From Desulfurivibrionaceae bacterium (GTDB lineage: Bacteria; Desulfobacterota; Desulfobulbia; Desulfobulbales; JAGXFP01): a stretch of 64,000 nucleotides of DNA. A model generated the notes under the pieces. It ran no database searches. It was given only the letters and a program-made list of their open reading frames with translations, and was not told where the DNA came from. Every line of letters starts with the position of its first letter. Position 1 is the stretch's first letter. Below are positions 55,741-64,000 of the stretch, piece by piece. A program made the translations under genes and the position numbers. The stretch spans positions 909-64,908 of the forward strand of contig JAWOIQ010000093.1 of assembly GCA_046484585.1 (NCBI GenBank). Reading direction: 5' to 3'.

Positions 55741-55758
55741 CCGTATAGCTGACACATA

Positions 55759-57003
55759 ATGATTATATTTCAGATTTTCCTGATATTAACTTTATTATTT
55801 ATGGCTTTCACCTTGATGCCGTTCTGGCGTTATGAAGCATGGTGGGTGCGAGTCCTTGACTTTCCACGCATGCAGATTTTTTTACTCGGGATGCTCCTCT
55901 TCCTGTTGGAATTGGCCGTCCTCGACCTGTCTCAGCCGGCGACGTGGGGTTTACTAACAGTCATTCTCCTTTGTCTCATTATCCTGACGTGGTGGATTAT
56001 TCCTTATACCCGCTTATATCCGGTCGAAGTTCAGTCTGCCGAAAACGCTGATCCGCGGAACTCCATCGGAATTCTGACTGCCAATGTGTTGACCCCGAAT
56101 CGGAACGTGGATGGTTTGATTGATATTGTGCGAGAGAGCCGGCCCGATGTTTTCGTCACCTTGGAATCCGATGGATGGTGGCAGAGCAAACTGGATGTCC
56201 TGGAATCCGAATATCGTTACACAATTAAATATCCCCTTGATAACCTTTATGGGATGCATATGTACTCAAAACTGCCCATCTCGGAGAGCCGCATTGAATT
56301 TCTGGTAGAAGACGACGTGCCATCCATACACACGACGATCCGCCTTCCCTCGGGTAATAAAATCCGCATTCATTTCCTGCACCCGGCGCCACCCAGCCCG
56401 AATGAAAACGATGGATCGTCTGAGCGGGACGCGGAACTGGTCATTGTCGCCAGAATCGTGGCTGAAAGCGAACTTCCCGAGATTGTTGCCGGCGATCTGA
56501 ACGATGTCGCCTGGTCCGCGACATCCCGGCTGTTCAAAAAGATCAGCGGAATGCTCGACCCGCGGGTCGGACGGGGTATGTACAACACTTTTCATGCGGA
56601 CTACTGGTTTATGCGCTGGCCCCTGGACCATCTTTTTCACAGTAACCACTTCACTTTGAGCCGCATCCAGAGACTGCGCGGCTTCGGATCGGATCACTTT
56701 CCCCTGTTCACAAAGCTGGTTTATGCGGAAGGGCACGAACTGATTCAGGAGGGACTAGAGGCGGATGCAGCTGACCTTGCCTGGGCTGAAAAAAAACTGG
56801 AGACTCAAGGAATCGGAAAAAGCGATATCCCCCCGGGCTTCACCAAGTTGAATGATTCAACAGAAAGCGCCGGTGTCTTTGTAGTCCAGTCTTATCCGGC
56901 GGATAGTCGGCAGAAGGTCGAGAAAGCAGTCATGGAGCAGCGGATCGAAATAAGAGCCTCTCCTGCCGTTCATCAGGGCGATGGAGTCGGCTTCGCTGTA
57001 TGA
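55759..57003 (+). CDS. membrane-anchored endonuclease/exonuclease/phosphatase (EEP) family protein
   Basis: 414 aa with three N-terminal TMs and the EEP motifs VTLESD, GDLNDVAWS and GSDHFPL. The last ~49 codons overlap the convergent HD-GYP gene. Confidence 0.75.
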   Translation: MIIFQIFLILTLLFMAFTLMPFWRYEAWWVRVLDFPRMQIFLLGMLLFLLELAVLDLSQPATWGLLTVILLCLIILTWWIIPYTRLYPVEVQSAENADPRNSIGILTANVLTPNRNVDGLIDIVRESRPDVFVTLESDGWWQSKLDVLESEYRYTIKYPLDNLYGMHMYSKLPISESRIEFLVEDDVPSIHTTIRLPSGNKIRIHFLHPAPPSPNENDGSSERDAELVIVARIVAESELPEIVAGDLNDVAWSATSRLFKKISGMLDPRVGRGMYNTFHADYWFMRWPLDHLFHSNHFTLSRIQRLRGFGSDHFPLFTKLVYAEGHELIQEGLEADAADLAWAEKKLETQGIGKSDIPPGFTKLNDSTESAGVFVVQSYPADSRQKVEKAVMEQRIEIRASPAVHQGDGVGFAV

Positions 57004-57963
57004 TTTGCGGTAGACCCGGTCATGGCAGAGAGCGTCGTAGACATCGGCAATGGCGACGATGCGGGCCGCTTCGGGGATATCTCCCCCCCGAAGGCCGTGG
57101 GGGTAGCCCCTACCGTCCCATCTTTCGTGGTGCGAGAGGGCGATATCGGCCGCCATCTCCAGCAGCGGTATTTTCGACCCGCCGAGGATCGTCGCCCCGA
57201 TCCTGGGGTGTTCCATGATCACCCTGAACTCGTCCCGGGAAAGTCGACAGGGCTTGCGCAGGATCTCGTCGGGAATGCCGATCTTGCCGATATCGTGCAT
57301 GGGAGCGCCGATTCTGATATTGTCGATCGATTCCCGGTCCCAGCCCAGGGCCTCGGCCATCGCCACGCAGTACAGACCGATCCGTTTAATGTGCTCGCCT
57401 GTTTCCCCATCGCGGTAACCAGTCGCGGTGGTCAGCCGCAGGGCGATCTCCTCTTCCCTTTTGCGTACCTCGGCGGTCCGCTTCCGCACGGTTTCCTCGA
57501 GAATTTCCTTATGTCGGCTGCTTTCCAGGACCAGACGCTTTTTTTCAAGAACATTGGCGATATTGATCAGGAATTCGTTCATATTAAAGGGCTTGATGAC
57601 ATACCCGTCGGCACCCAGTTCCAGGGCCTGATCGGCGGTATTCCGGTCGTAGACCGCCGTGGCCATTACCACGGCGAGATCCGGGAAAAGCTCTCTTATC
57701 CCGCCCAGCAGTTCGATTCCGGAAATATCGGGCATCCTGATATCGGAAATCAGCAGATCGTACTCTTTCTGTTCGAATAGCGTGAAGACCTCTTTGCCCT
57801 TCGCGGTATAATCGCAATCGTAGCCATCTGCTTGAAGCCATGCACAGATCACTTCCCCGACCATGAGCTCGTCATCAACGATCAGGATACTGGCTTTGGG
57901 CATCAGGGAGATATCAGAGCGGATATTGACCGGCATTTCATTTTGTTCTTCATTTTCACTCAT
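56857..57963 (-). CDS. response regulator with HD-GYP phosphodiesterase domain
   Basis: 368 aa. REC domain (ILIVDDE, DLLISDIRMPD) and HD-GYP domain (HDIGKIGIPD, HHERWDGRGYP). Confidence 0.9.
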   Translation of the reverse strand: MSENEEQNEMPVNIRSDISLMPKASILIVDDELMVGEVICAWLQADGYDCDYTAKGKEVFTLFEQKEYDLLISDIRMPDISGIELLGGIRELFPDLAVVMATAVYDRNTADQALELGADGYVIKPFNMNEFLINIANVLEKKRLVLESSRHKEILEETVRKRTAEVRKREEEIALRLTTATGYRDGETGEHIKRIGLYCVAMAEALGWDRESIDNIRIGAPMHDIGKIGIPDEILRKPCRLSRDEFRVIMEHPRIGATILGGSKIPLLEMAADIALSHHERWDGRGYPHGLRGGDIPEAARIVAIADVYDALCHDRVYRKSYSEADSIALMNGRRGSYFDPLLHDCFLDLLPTIRRIRLDYKDTGAFC

Positions 57964-58235
57964 AAAAGCTCTCTATAAATTTGATGTTTTCGCCTAATCA
58001 ATTCGTTTGGTGAAGCTTGAAAACCTTGTAAATCTGCATTCTTTCCCCTTGCGAGGCGGAGGGGGTGATTTCTCTGTCGTGATCACGGACAGACAAACAA
58101 ATATTCCAGATTGATAAGGCAAACCGTCTCATAAACGCGCGGATTCAAGTTATTAAACAGTACCAAGACGATGGCGGAAGATTTCTCTGAGGTCTAATGT
58201 GCCGGGTGGTATTCGAAGTTATGCGGCTTCAGTGG

Positions 58236-58388
58236 TGATGGCGTCGCAAAAAGCACCCGCCATAGAATCCGATCTGCTGCGTCATGGCGCATTTTTGCTT
58301 AGGCCATCCCGTTTTTGTCCCACAGGGCATAAGTTTCGTACGAGCAGACAAGCTGCTCAACTCAGCTTTAACTTTTTGCGAACTCGTC
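58236..58388 (+). mobile_element. R2 MITE-like element (153 bp) enclosing R1 copy 6 (58319-58370)
   Basis: Left end TGATGGCGTCGCAAAAAGCAC, right end CTTTTTGCGAACTCGTC. The R1 core is a perfect match to the consensus. Confidence 0.7.
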
Positions 58389-58600
58389 GGTGTTTTTAGA
58401 AAATAACAATTTTATTAAATTATTCAATAAATATGCCATTTCCTACATAAATGTCCAGCCGCTATATTTTGGTTGCGTCGTAAAAAATCCGATCTGCTGC
58501 GTCGTGGGGTATTTTTGCTCCTTCGGCATACCACCTGAATGGCCTCATCTGGCTCACCCCAAGCCGGCTGCCGATTAAAAGATTAAAATTGATCGGCAAT

Positions 58601-58812
58601 ATTTGATGAACTCGCAAAAAGTCAAAAAAAGATGTCATTTCGAACGAATGTGAGAAATCTTGTTCTTTACACCCATAAGTTTCGTTTGCACGCATAAAAG
58701 CAGGCAAGCTGCTCAACTCAGCCTTAACCAATTGATACTATTAAGATTATCCCGTTGGTCGAAATGACTTATGGCAAAGCCGACTTGTTTCGACGCCATC
58801 ATATTTAATGGC
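58601..58812 (+). mobile_element. R2 MITE-like element (212 bp) enclosing R1 copy 7 (58669-58726)
   Basis: Left end ATTTGATGAACTCGCAAAAAGTC, right end GTTTCGACGCCATCAT. The R1 core carries a 12 nt insertion before the hairpin. Confidence 0.65.
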
Positions 58813-59053
58813 CAGCATCCGTCCAGCTGGTCAAAATCCGGGCAATGTCTAACTCCTGGGGAACTTGCTATTTAAGCTTAATCCGTGAAGGTTCGGGATT
58901 GGTGTCGGGCGGAGAGAATTGATTTTGAAATAAGCGTGTGGCGGTTACTTCCACCGGGCAGGAATTCCGGAGCCGGTATTGCAGGATAAGTGCGCAAGGA
59001 TCGAATTCCTTAAGCCAAAGGATATCGCGGCTGCTTGCAGATTAAAACTCGGG

Positions 59054-59278
59054 CTAGGCGCTTAACTCCCATTGGGTTTTGCCGATATTGTAGCGCAGGA
59101 CATAGGTGTTTTTATCATCGCCGATAATTTTAAAATATCTCTGCCCGGGGGAAAGCCAGCGGTCGACAATCCTCACAACTTCTACTTTCCGACCATGCAA
59201 ATAAAAAGATTGCGGAGCTTCTTCTCCTCGATAACCGGCATAGGCCGAGACCTCGACATCAACGAGCATTTCAGTCAT
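59054..59278 (-). CDS. small conserved hypothetical protein (74 aa) translationally coupled to pcm
   Basis: ATG 59278 overlaps the pcm stop (ATGACTGA). The track ORF starts at 59287. Confidence 0.5.
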   Translation of the reverse strand: MTEMLVDVEVSAYAGYRGEEAPQSFYLHGRKVEVVRIVDRWLSPGQRYFKIIGDDKNTYVLRYNIGKTQWELSA

Positions 59279-59939
59279 GACGGGCACCGGTCAGGGGGAC
59301 GAAGGCGACTCCCAGAACTTCCCGGGAATCAATCACGCCGTTCCGGTCTTTTTCGTAGAGCATCAGAAACTGGAGGGAACTGGGAGGCCCTACAGGGATG
59401 ACCAGGCGGCCGCCCGGCTTTAATTGCTCCAATAACGGCCGCGGAACACGCGCGGCGGCAGCGGTGACGATGATACCGTCAAAAGGGGCGTATTTCGGAA
59501 GACCTTGAGAGCCGTCGCCCGGATGGACTTCGACATTGCGGACCCCCATTGATGCCAGCCGGACCCTTGCCTGTTCGGCCAGGGCCGGGACGATCTCGAC
59601 GGTGTGGACCCGCTTTACCAGTTTGGCAAGAATTACCGCCTGGTACCCGCAGCCGCCGCCGACTTCAAGAACCACATCATCTGCTTCGGGCAGCAGCAGA
59701 TCGGTCATCAAGGCGACTATAAACGGCTGCGAAATCGTCTGGCCATTGCCGATGGGCAGCGGCCGGTTGTCGAAGGCGTAGGGTTTCATGTTGTCCGGTA
59801 CAAATTCATCACGGGGAACTTCGGCCATGGCCCCCATGACCGGTTGACTGATTTTTTTTATGCCGGTCGAACCGCTGGTGTAGGAACACTCGGTTTCAAT
59901 GGTGCGAAGCATCTTGTCGACTTCCGAACGGTGTGCCAT
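59271..59939 (-). CDS. pcm: protein-L-isoaspartate O-methyltransferase
   Basis: 222 aa with GQTISQPFIVA and the SAM motif VLEVGGGCGYQ. Confidence 0.92.
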   Translation of the reverse strand: MAHRSEVDKMLRTIETECSYTSGSTGIKKISQPVMGAMAEVPRDEFVPDNMKPYAFDNRPLPIGNGQTISQPFIVALMTDLLLPEADDVVLEVGGGCGYQAVILAKLVKRVHTVEIVPALAEQARVRLASMGVRNVEVHPGDGSQGLPKYAPFDGIIVTAAAARVPRPLLEQLKPGGRLVIPVGPPSSLQFLMLYEKDRNGVIDSREVLGVAFVPLTGARHD

Positions 59940-60065
59940 AAAAAATCCTCTCGCAAATGAATTGTATTAAGCAAATTTTCTGTTCCAGTATTTTCAACCA
60001 GTTACATGTTTCCGGATGCTTCGCGGCGCTCCCAATGACTCGATTTTTGGCTTTTCGCTAACCTG

Positions 60066-60761
60066 TCAATCTTTGGATTTCAGTAAAATTTTCTTCTTCC
60101 GTTCCGCCACCAGGTGGTCGGCCAATCTGGTCGGTTCAGGAAGGCGGAAACCCACGGCGCAATCGAGGATAATCCGCCTGGCGATATCCAGTTCAATTTT
60201 ATGGCCCACACTGACAAAAACCGGTTTAACCTTATCGCGGGTCCGCAAGACGATTCCCACCAGTTCATTCTTATGGAGCAAGGGAGATGCGGACCCTCTT
60301 TCCGGGCCTGGCTCGCGATATTCACCGACCAGGCGGCTTTTGGCGCAACCTATGGTCGGCAGATCGGTTATCACTCCGATATGACTGGCGATGCCGAGAC
60401 GGCGCGGATGGGCGATTCCCTGACCGTCGCAGATGATCAGATCCGGAACGGTTCTCAGTTCGCGCAAGGCGGCGATCAAGGCGGGAGCTTCGCGAAAAGA
60501 GAGGAGTCCGGGAATATAAGGAAAATGCAGCTTCCGGAAGGCGGTGTGCCGCTCGACAACCATGTTGTCGTGAGTATTCCAGAGAACCACTCCGCCGATA
60601 CAGTGTTTTTTATCGGCAGTGAAGGCGGCATCCAGTCCGGCGACAAGTCCGGTGTTCCGCACCTCCCCTTCCCGCCTGATCGCCGAAGCGAGTTTTTTCT
60701 GGACGACGATCGCCTGAGACGGCGTAATCGACCAGTTATGGGGTGGGCGACCTATTCTCAA
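60066..60761 (-). CDS. nfi: endonuclease V
   Basis: 231 aa with VAGLDAAF, the YIPGLLSFRE motif and DGQGIAHPRRLGIASHIG. Confidence 0.9.
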   Translation of the reverse strand: MRIGRPPHNWSITPSQAIVVQKKLASAIRREGEVRNTGLVAGLDAAFTADKKHCIGGVVLWNTHDNMVVERHTAFRKLHFPYIPGLLSFREAPALIAALRELRTVPDLIICDGQGIAHPRRLGIASHIGVITDLPTIGCAKSRLVGEYREPGPERGSASPLLHKNELVGIVLRTRDKVKPVFVSVGHKIELDIARRIILDCAVGFRLPEPTRLADHLVAERKKKILLKSKD

Positions 60762-61021
60762 CCTTAAAACACTCCCCGCGATATCTTCGAGAAACCGCTG
60801 GTTATTCCTGAAGCAAACGGCCGTATGATTATTGAACGGATGCCTGACATTTAAGGGTTAATGCAACCGTATCATTCGGTTCCCTTGTATAGAGACTACC
60901 AGAATTTCAGGACCGCGGAAAAGAAGTTATTGGGAGATCAATTTCGGTTTTCGCGAGCTTTTGACCTGCGCCTAAAGCAAATAATTATGCTATGTTAGCA
61001 CTTGATAATTTGCTAAACTAT

Positions 61022-61098
61022 CATCTGCATCGGAGACGGCTATCGGAGCGGCGTCCCCTCCCTGCAAACAAGCCGTTCTCGACCGCTCAAGAATTCAG
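61022..61098 (-). repeat. degenerate R3 fragment
   Basis: 61072-61098, GCCGTTCTCGACCGCTCAAGAATTCAG, matches the reverse complement of the R3 left end (3 mismatches in 27). The adjacent CATCTGC / TATCGG blocks are rearranged. Confidence 0.45.
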
Positions 61099-61146
61099 AT
61101 TTTATTCAGTCGAAACTGCCGCCCGAAGCCTGGCCTGAGGAAAAAG

Positions 61147-63000
61147 ATGTTTTCAAAAAACTTAAAGTATATATTCCTGGCTTCCCTGCTGATCGCCTTA
61201 ATCTATCCTCTGGCGAACATCTTCTTTGTTTTTCCCGCCTTTTCCGAACTGTCGATTGATAATGCGGAAAAAAACGCCGTCCGGATCGGCCGGTTCCTGG
61301 CTGAAACCATAGTCGCGGATGACAAGAAAAAATTAACGAACATCGATGAAATAGAAAGAGCCGCGAAGACCTTCAACCTCTACAAGATAAAATTATATTC
61401 GAGTAGCGGCGTCACCCTGTACTCAACCGATCCGGCTGATATCTCCGAAGAGAACACCGAGCCTTACTTTCGCGAAATTGTTGCCGAGGGGCAAATCTAC
61501 ACCAAATTCGTCGTCAAGGACAGCATGAGCGCCGAAGGCGTAAAAGTGGCTTACGACGTGGTGGAAACCTATGTGCCGATCATGGAAGCCTCCACCTTTC
61601 TGGGCGCTTTCGAGATCTATCAGAATGTCACCGAGAGAAACGTAGCCCTGCGGCAAATAGCATCACAGTTTGCTATATTTTCGATTGTCATAATGGCCAT
61701 TTTTCTCCTGATCATGGTCCTGATGCTCCTCAGGACCGATAAAGATCTTCTCATCACCGACCGGCAGTTGCCGATATCGCGATTACAGGCGCCTTTCGCG
61801 CTTCTCCTTTTCATGGCCGTATCTCTGTTTATTGCGGAATCGCTCGTTATGACGCTACTTTCATTATGGAACATCCCCTCCCCGCTTATGGAGACCCTGG
61901 TCGACTCTTCCCTTCTGGTAATCCTGGCCGCCCCGATGATTTACTTCTTCGTCAACCGGCCGCTCCTTGTGCATATTGCCCAATCCAGAAAAGACCAGGA
62001 ATTGATCGCCCAGCATTATCACACCGAGCAGATTATGCGGCAGATATTGCTGCTCTCGATCACGAATTTATCACTTAAAGAGGTGCTGGAGGAATTCATC
62101 CAGCTTATCACCTCGTTCCCGTGGCTGGAGGTTGAATCGAAAGGGGCGGTTTTTCTCGTGGGAGACAAGCCCGATACTCTGGACCTTATGGCACACCATA
62201 ATCTTAACGAAGCGCTTCTTAGTAAATGCGCCCTGGTGCCTTTCGGCACCTGCCTTTGCGGCAAAGCGGCCCTTACCGGCAAAACCGTCTTCAGCCCCTG
62301 CCTCGATGAGGAACACCATATCCGTTATGAAGGAATTGAGCCCCACGGCCATTACTGCGTACCTTTTTATTCTTCCGCCCATGAACTTCTCGGGGTCTTC
62401 ACTTTATACACCATGGCCGGGGCTGTCCGAAATCCGGAAGCGGAAGAGACCCTTACCGCCGCATCTCATCTGCTGGCCGGAGTCGTCGAAAGGAAAAAAC
62501 TTGAAGAGAAATTGCAGCAAATCTCGATTACCGACGAACTGACCGGACTCTTAAACCGGCGGGGATTCATGGTGCAGGCTGTAAAGTGTTTGAAGGTTGC
62601 TGGTCGTAACAGCAATAAATCCATGCTCCTTTTTGCCGACATGGACAATCTGAAGGGGATTAACGATGATTTAGGACACCAACTCGGCGACGAGGCCCTG
62701 AAAAAAACAGGAGATATCCTGAAGAACACCTTTCGCGATACCGATATTGTCGGTCGGATGGGCGGTGATGAATTCGCCGTGCTGTTCACCACCAATGTCG
62801 CCACACACCATTATTCGACAATGCTAAGCAGGATAGAAGACCGTATCGCCGAATGGAATAAACGGGAAGACCGGAAGTTCGATCTCTCCTTGAGTATCGG
62901 CCTGGTCGAACACAACCCGGAGAATCCCCGGACCCTGGAAGAGATGCTCGCCGACGCCGATGCCAGGATGTATAAGGCCAAGCAGAAAAAAAAGAACTGA
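61147..63000 (+). CDS. membrane sensor diguanylate cyclase (periplasmic/TM region, GAF-like domain, GGDEF)
   Basis: 617 aa with several TM segments and the C-terminal motifs LTGLLNRRGF and RMGGDEF. Confidence 0.88.
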   Translation: MFSKNLKYIFLASLLIALIYPLANIFFVFPAFSELSIDNAEKNAVRIGRFLAETIVADDKKKLTNIDEIERAAKTFNLYKIKLYSSSGVTLYSTDPADISEENTEPYFREIVAEGQIYTKFVVKDSMSAEGVKVAYDVVETYVPIMEASTFLGAFEIYQNVTERNVALRQIASQFAIFSIVIMAIFLLIMVLMLLRTDKDLLITDRQLPISRLQAPFALLLFMAVSLFIAESLVMTLLSLWNIPSPLMETLVDSSLLVILAAPMIYFFVNRPLLVHIAQSRKDQELIAQHYHTEQIMRQILLLSITNLSLKEVLEEFIQLITSFPWLEVESKGAVFLVGDKPDTLDLMAHHNLNEALLSKCALVPFGTCLCGKAALTGKTVFSPCLDEEHHIRYEGIEPHGHYCVPFYSSAHELLGVFTLYTMAGAVRNPEAEETLTAASHLLAGVVERKKLEEKLQQISITDELTGLLNRRGFMVQAVKCLKVAGRNSNKSMLLFADMDNLKGINDDLGHQLGDEALKKTGDILKNTFRDTDIVGRMGGDEFAVLFTTNVATHHYSTMLSRIEDRIAEWNKREDRKFDLSLSIGLVEHNPENPRTLEEMLADADARMYKAKQKKKN

Positions 63001-63061
63001 ACGGCGCACGACTCCCCCTTTAAAAGCCATTTCATTTTAATGCATCGTAAAAGGAGAAGTG

Positions 63062-64000
63062 ATGAAACATAAGAACTTTTTAAGAATTTTTATAATCATC
63101 ATTAACATCTTTTTCCTGAGCGGGCTCAGTTATGGTCAAAACCAGGTTCAGGATGGCAGTTTACCAAAACCGCATATTCGCGTTGGAATATACGATAACT
63201 ATCCGATTGTATATGAATCGGAAGGCTTGCCGACCGGCTTTCATCTGGAACTCTTAAGGGAAGTCGCCAAACAGGAAGGCTGGATTTTGGAATTTGTTTT
63301 TTCAGGATCCCCCAAAAATGTACTGGAAGGTCTGGAGAGCGGCAATCTGGACATTGGCTTGGGTTTTGTGTCTACCTTGGCGCGAAAACAGTTTCTTGAC
63401 TTCACCAGCGAAAGAAATGCCGTTTTAAAAGGGCAGCTGATTGTCCGGTCGGAAGATGAAGAGATCAGCACCATTCGTGCCCTCAAGGGGAAAAAAATTG
63501 CCGTTGTCCACCAGGACATGATCGGCCAAAACGGCATTGACATATTTAAAAAATTCGGGGTTGAGGCAAACTTCAAGCGGCTTAGCTCAAACGATGAACT
63601 GGCGAAGGCTTTAATTACCAAAGCGGTCGATGCCGGTATCTGCAACACCCTGCAATGTGAAAAATACGCGAGGCAATACAATTTACACCCTGCCTCGATA
63701 ATTTTTGATTCAAAAGAGGTTCAGTACGCCGTCCCCAAGGGCATGAATAGCAATATAATCGAAGCACTTGATCAGCATCTCCTTCAGTGGAAAACAACCG
63801 ATGATTCCATTTACTATGAGATGAAAAAACTTTTTCTGACCACTCCGTCGACCTATGAACCCCAATATACCAACCGCGAATTATTAATGGCTCTCAGCGT
63901 ATGCCTGCTTTTCATTCTCTTTGGCATCATGCTGGGTAATTTTATGGCCACGGAACTGGAGTCGGATCACGGCAGCATATCCAGATTTCACATCAGGCAG
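63062..64000 (+). CDS. partial: periplasmic solute-binding (SBP_bac_3-like) domain + TM, N-terminal part of a sensor protein (runs off window)
   Basis: Not in the ORF track because it has no stop. ATG 63062 is preceded by AAGGAG. Signal-like N-terminus; IRVGIYDNYPIVYE...GNLDIGLGF...KIAVVHQD; a TM helix (LLMALSVCLLFILFGIMLG) lies near the window end. Confidence 0.75.
   Translation, partial: MKHKNFLRIFIIIINIFFLSGLSYGQNQVQDGSLPKPHIRVGIYDNYPIVYESEGLPTGFHLELLREVAKQEGWILEFVFSGSPKNVLEGLESGNLDIGLGFVSTLARKQFLDFTSERNAVLKGQLIVRSEDEEISTIRALKGKKIAVVHQDMIGQNGIDIFKKFGVEANFKRLSSNDELAKALITKAVDAGICNTLQCEKYARQYNLHPASIIFDSKEVQYAVPKGMNSNIIEALDQHLLQWKTTDDSIYYEMKKLFLTTPSTYEPQYTNRELLMALSVCLLFILFGIMLGNFMATELESDHGSISRFHIRQ

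Noticed and set aside
11602-58726. R1 repeats as a possible CRISPR array or attC sites.
   Set aside because: The copies are tens of kb apart, in both orientations, with no regular spacers and no cas or integron integrase genes. They lack the R''/L''-L'/R' attC organisation.
58199-58731. Small ORFs inside the repeat desert (58199..58399, 58390..58578, 58462..58731), and 31383..31613, 34518..34706 and 49435..49701.
   Set aside because: All are composed of R1/R2 repeat sequence or AT-rich spacer. Such repeat-encoded ORFs recur in different frames between copies, which argues against coding function.

Overview
This 64 kb window looks like chromosomal DNA from an anaerobic, G+C-rich bacterium. 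The gene content resembles a Desulfobacterota-type sulfate reducer or acetogen; that taxon is an inference from gene content only. No rRNA, tRNA or CRISPR array was seen.

Layout:
- 0.06-0.67 kb: an SDR oxidoreductase.
- 1.0-8.0 kb: a MoxR / DUF58 / DUF4381 / BatA / BatB-TPR / BatD aerotolerance-type operon.
- 8.5-26.2 kb: a Wood-Ljungdahl super-cluster, folD, cooS, a metF::acsD fusion, acsB, acsC, fdhA, hdrA, mvhD.
- 26.9-31.0 kb: a visibly AT-rich accessory island on the minus strand. It carries an m5C methyltransferase translationally coupled to an HNH_2 nuclease, an 85 aa unknown, a second HNH nuclease, an orphan BrnA-like antitoxin with a brnT remnant, and higBA.
- 31.5-64 kb: housekeeping and signalling genes (rlmN, radical SAM, serC, miaA, pgsA, recJ, purB, miaB, FHA/sigma-54 activator, RND/MMPL transporter, uvsE, pcm, nfi, HD-GYP and GGDEF proteins).

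Main results:
- The ORF track splits fdhA, hdrA and mvhD at in-frame TGA codons. I read all three as selenocysteine codons. Each sits exactly where the family has a conserved Cys/Sec, and each is followed by a hairpin with a G/T apical loop.
- The intergenic DNA carries at least four small dispersed repeat or MITE-like families. One family (R1, 7 copies) has a hairpin core. One copy has a completely different stem sequence that still pairs. Five copies lie in sense orientation just upstream of genes.

Limits: every call rests on reading the translated ORFs and the DNA by eye. No database search or folding program was run. Many long antisense ORFs in the track are GC-rich shadow frames and are not reported as genes.
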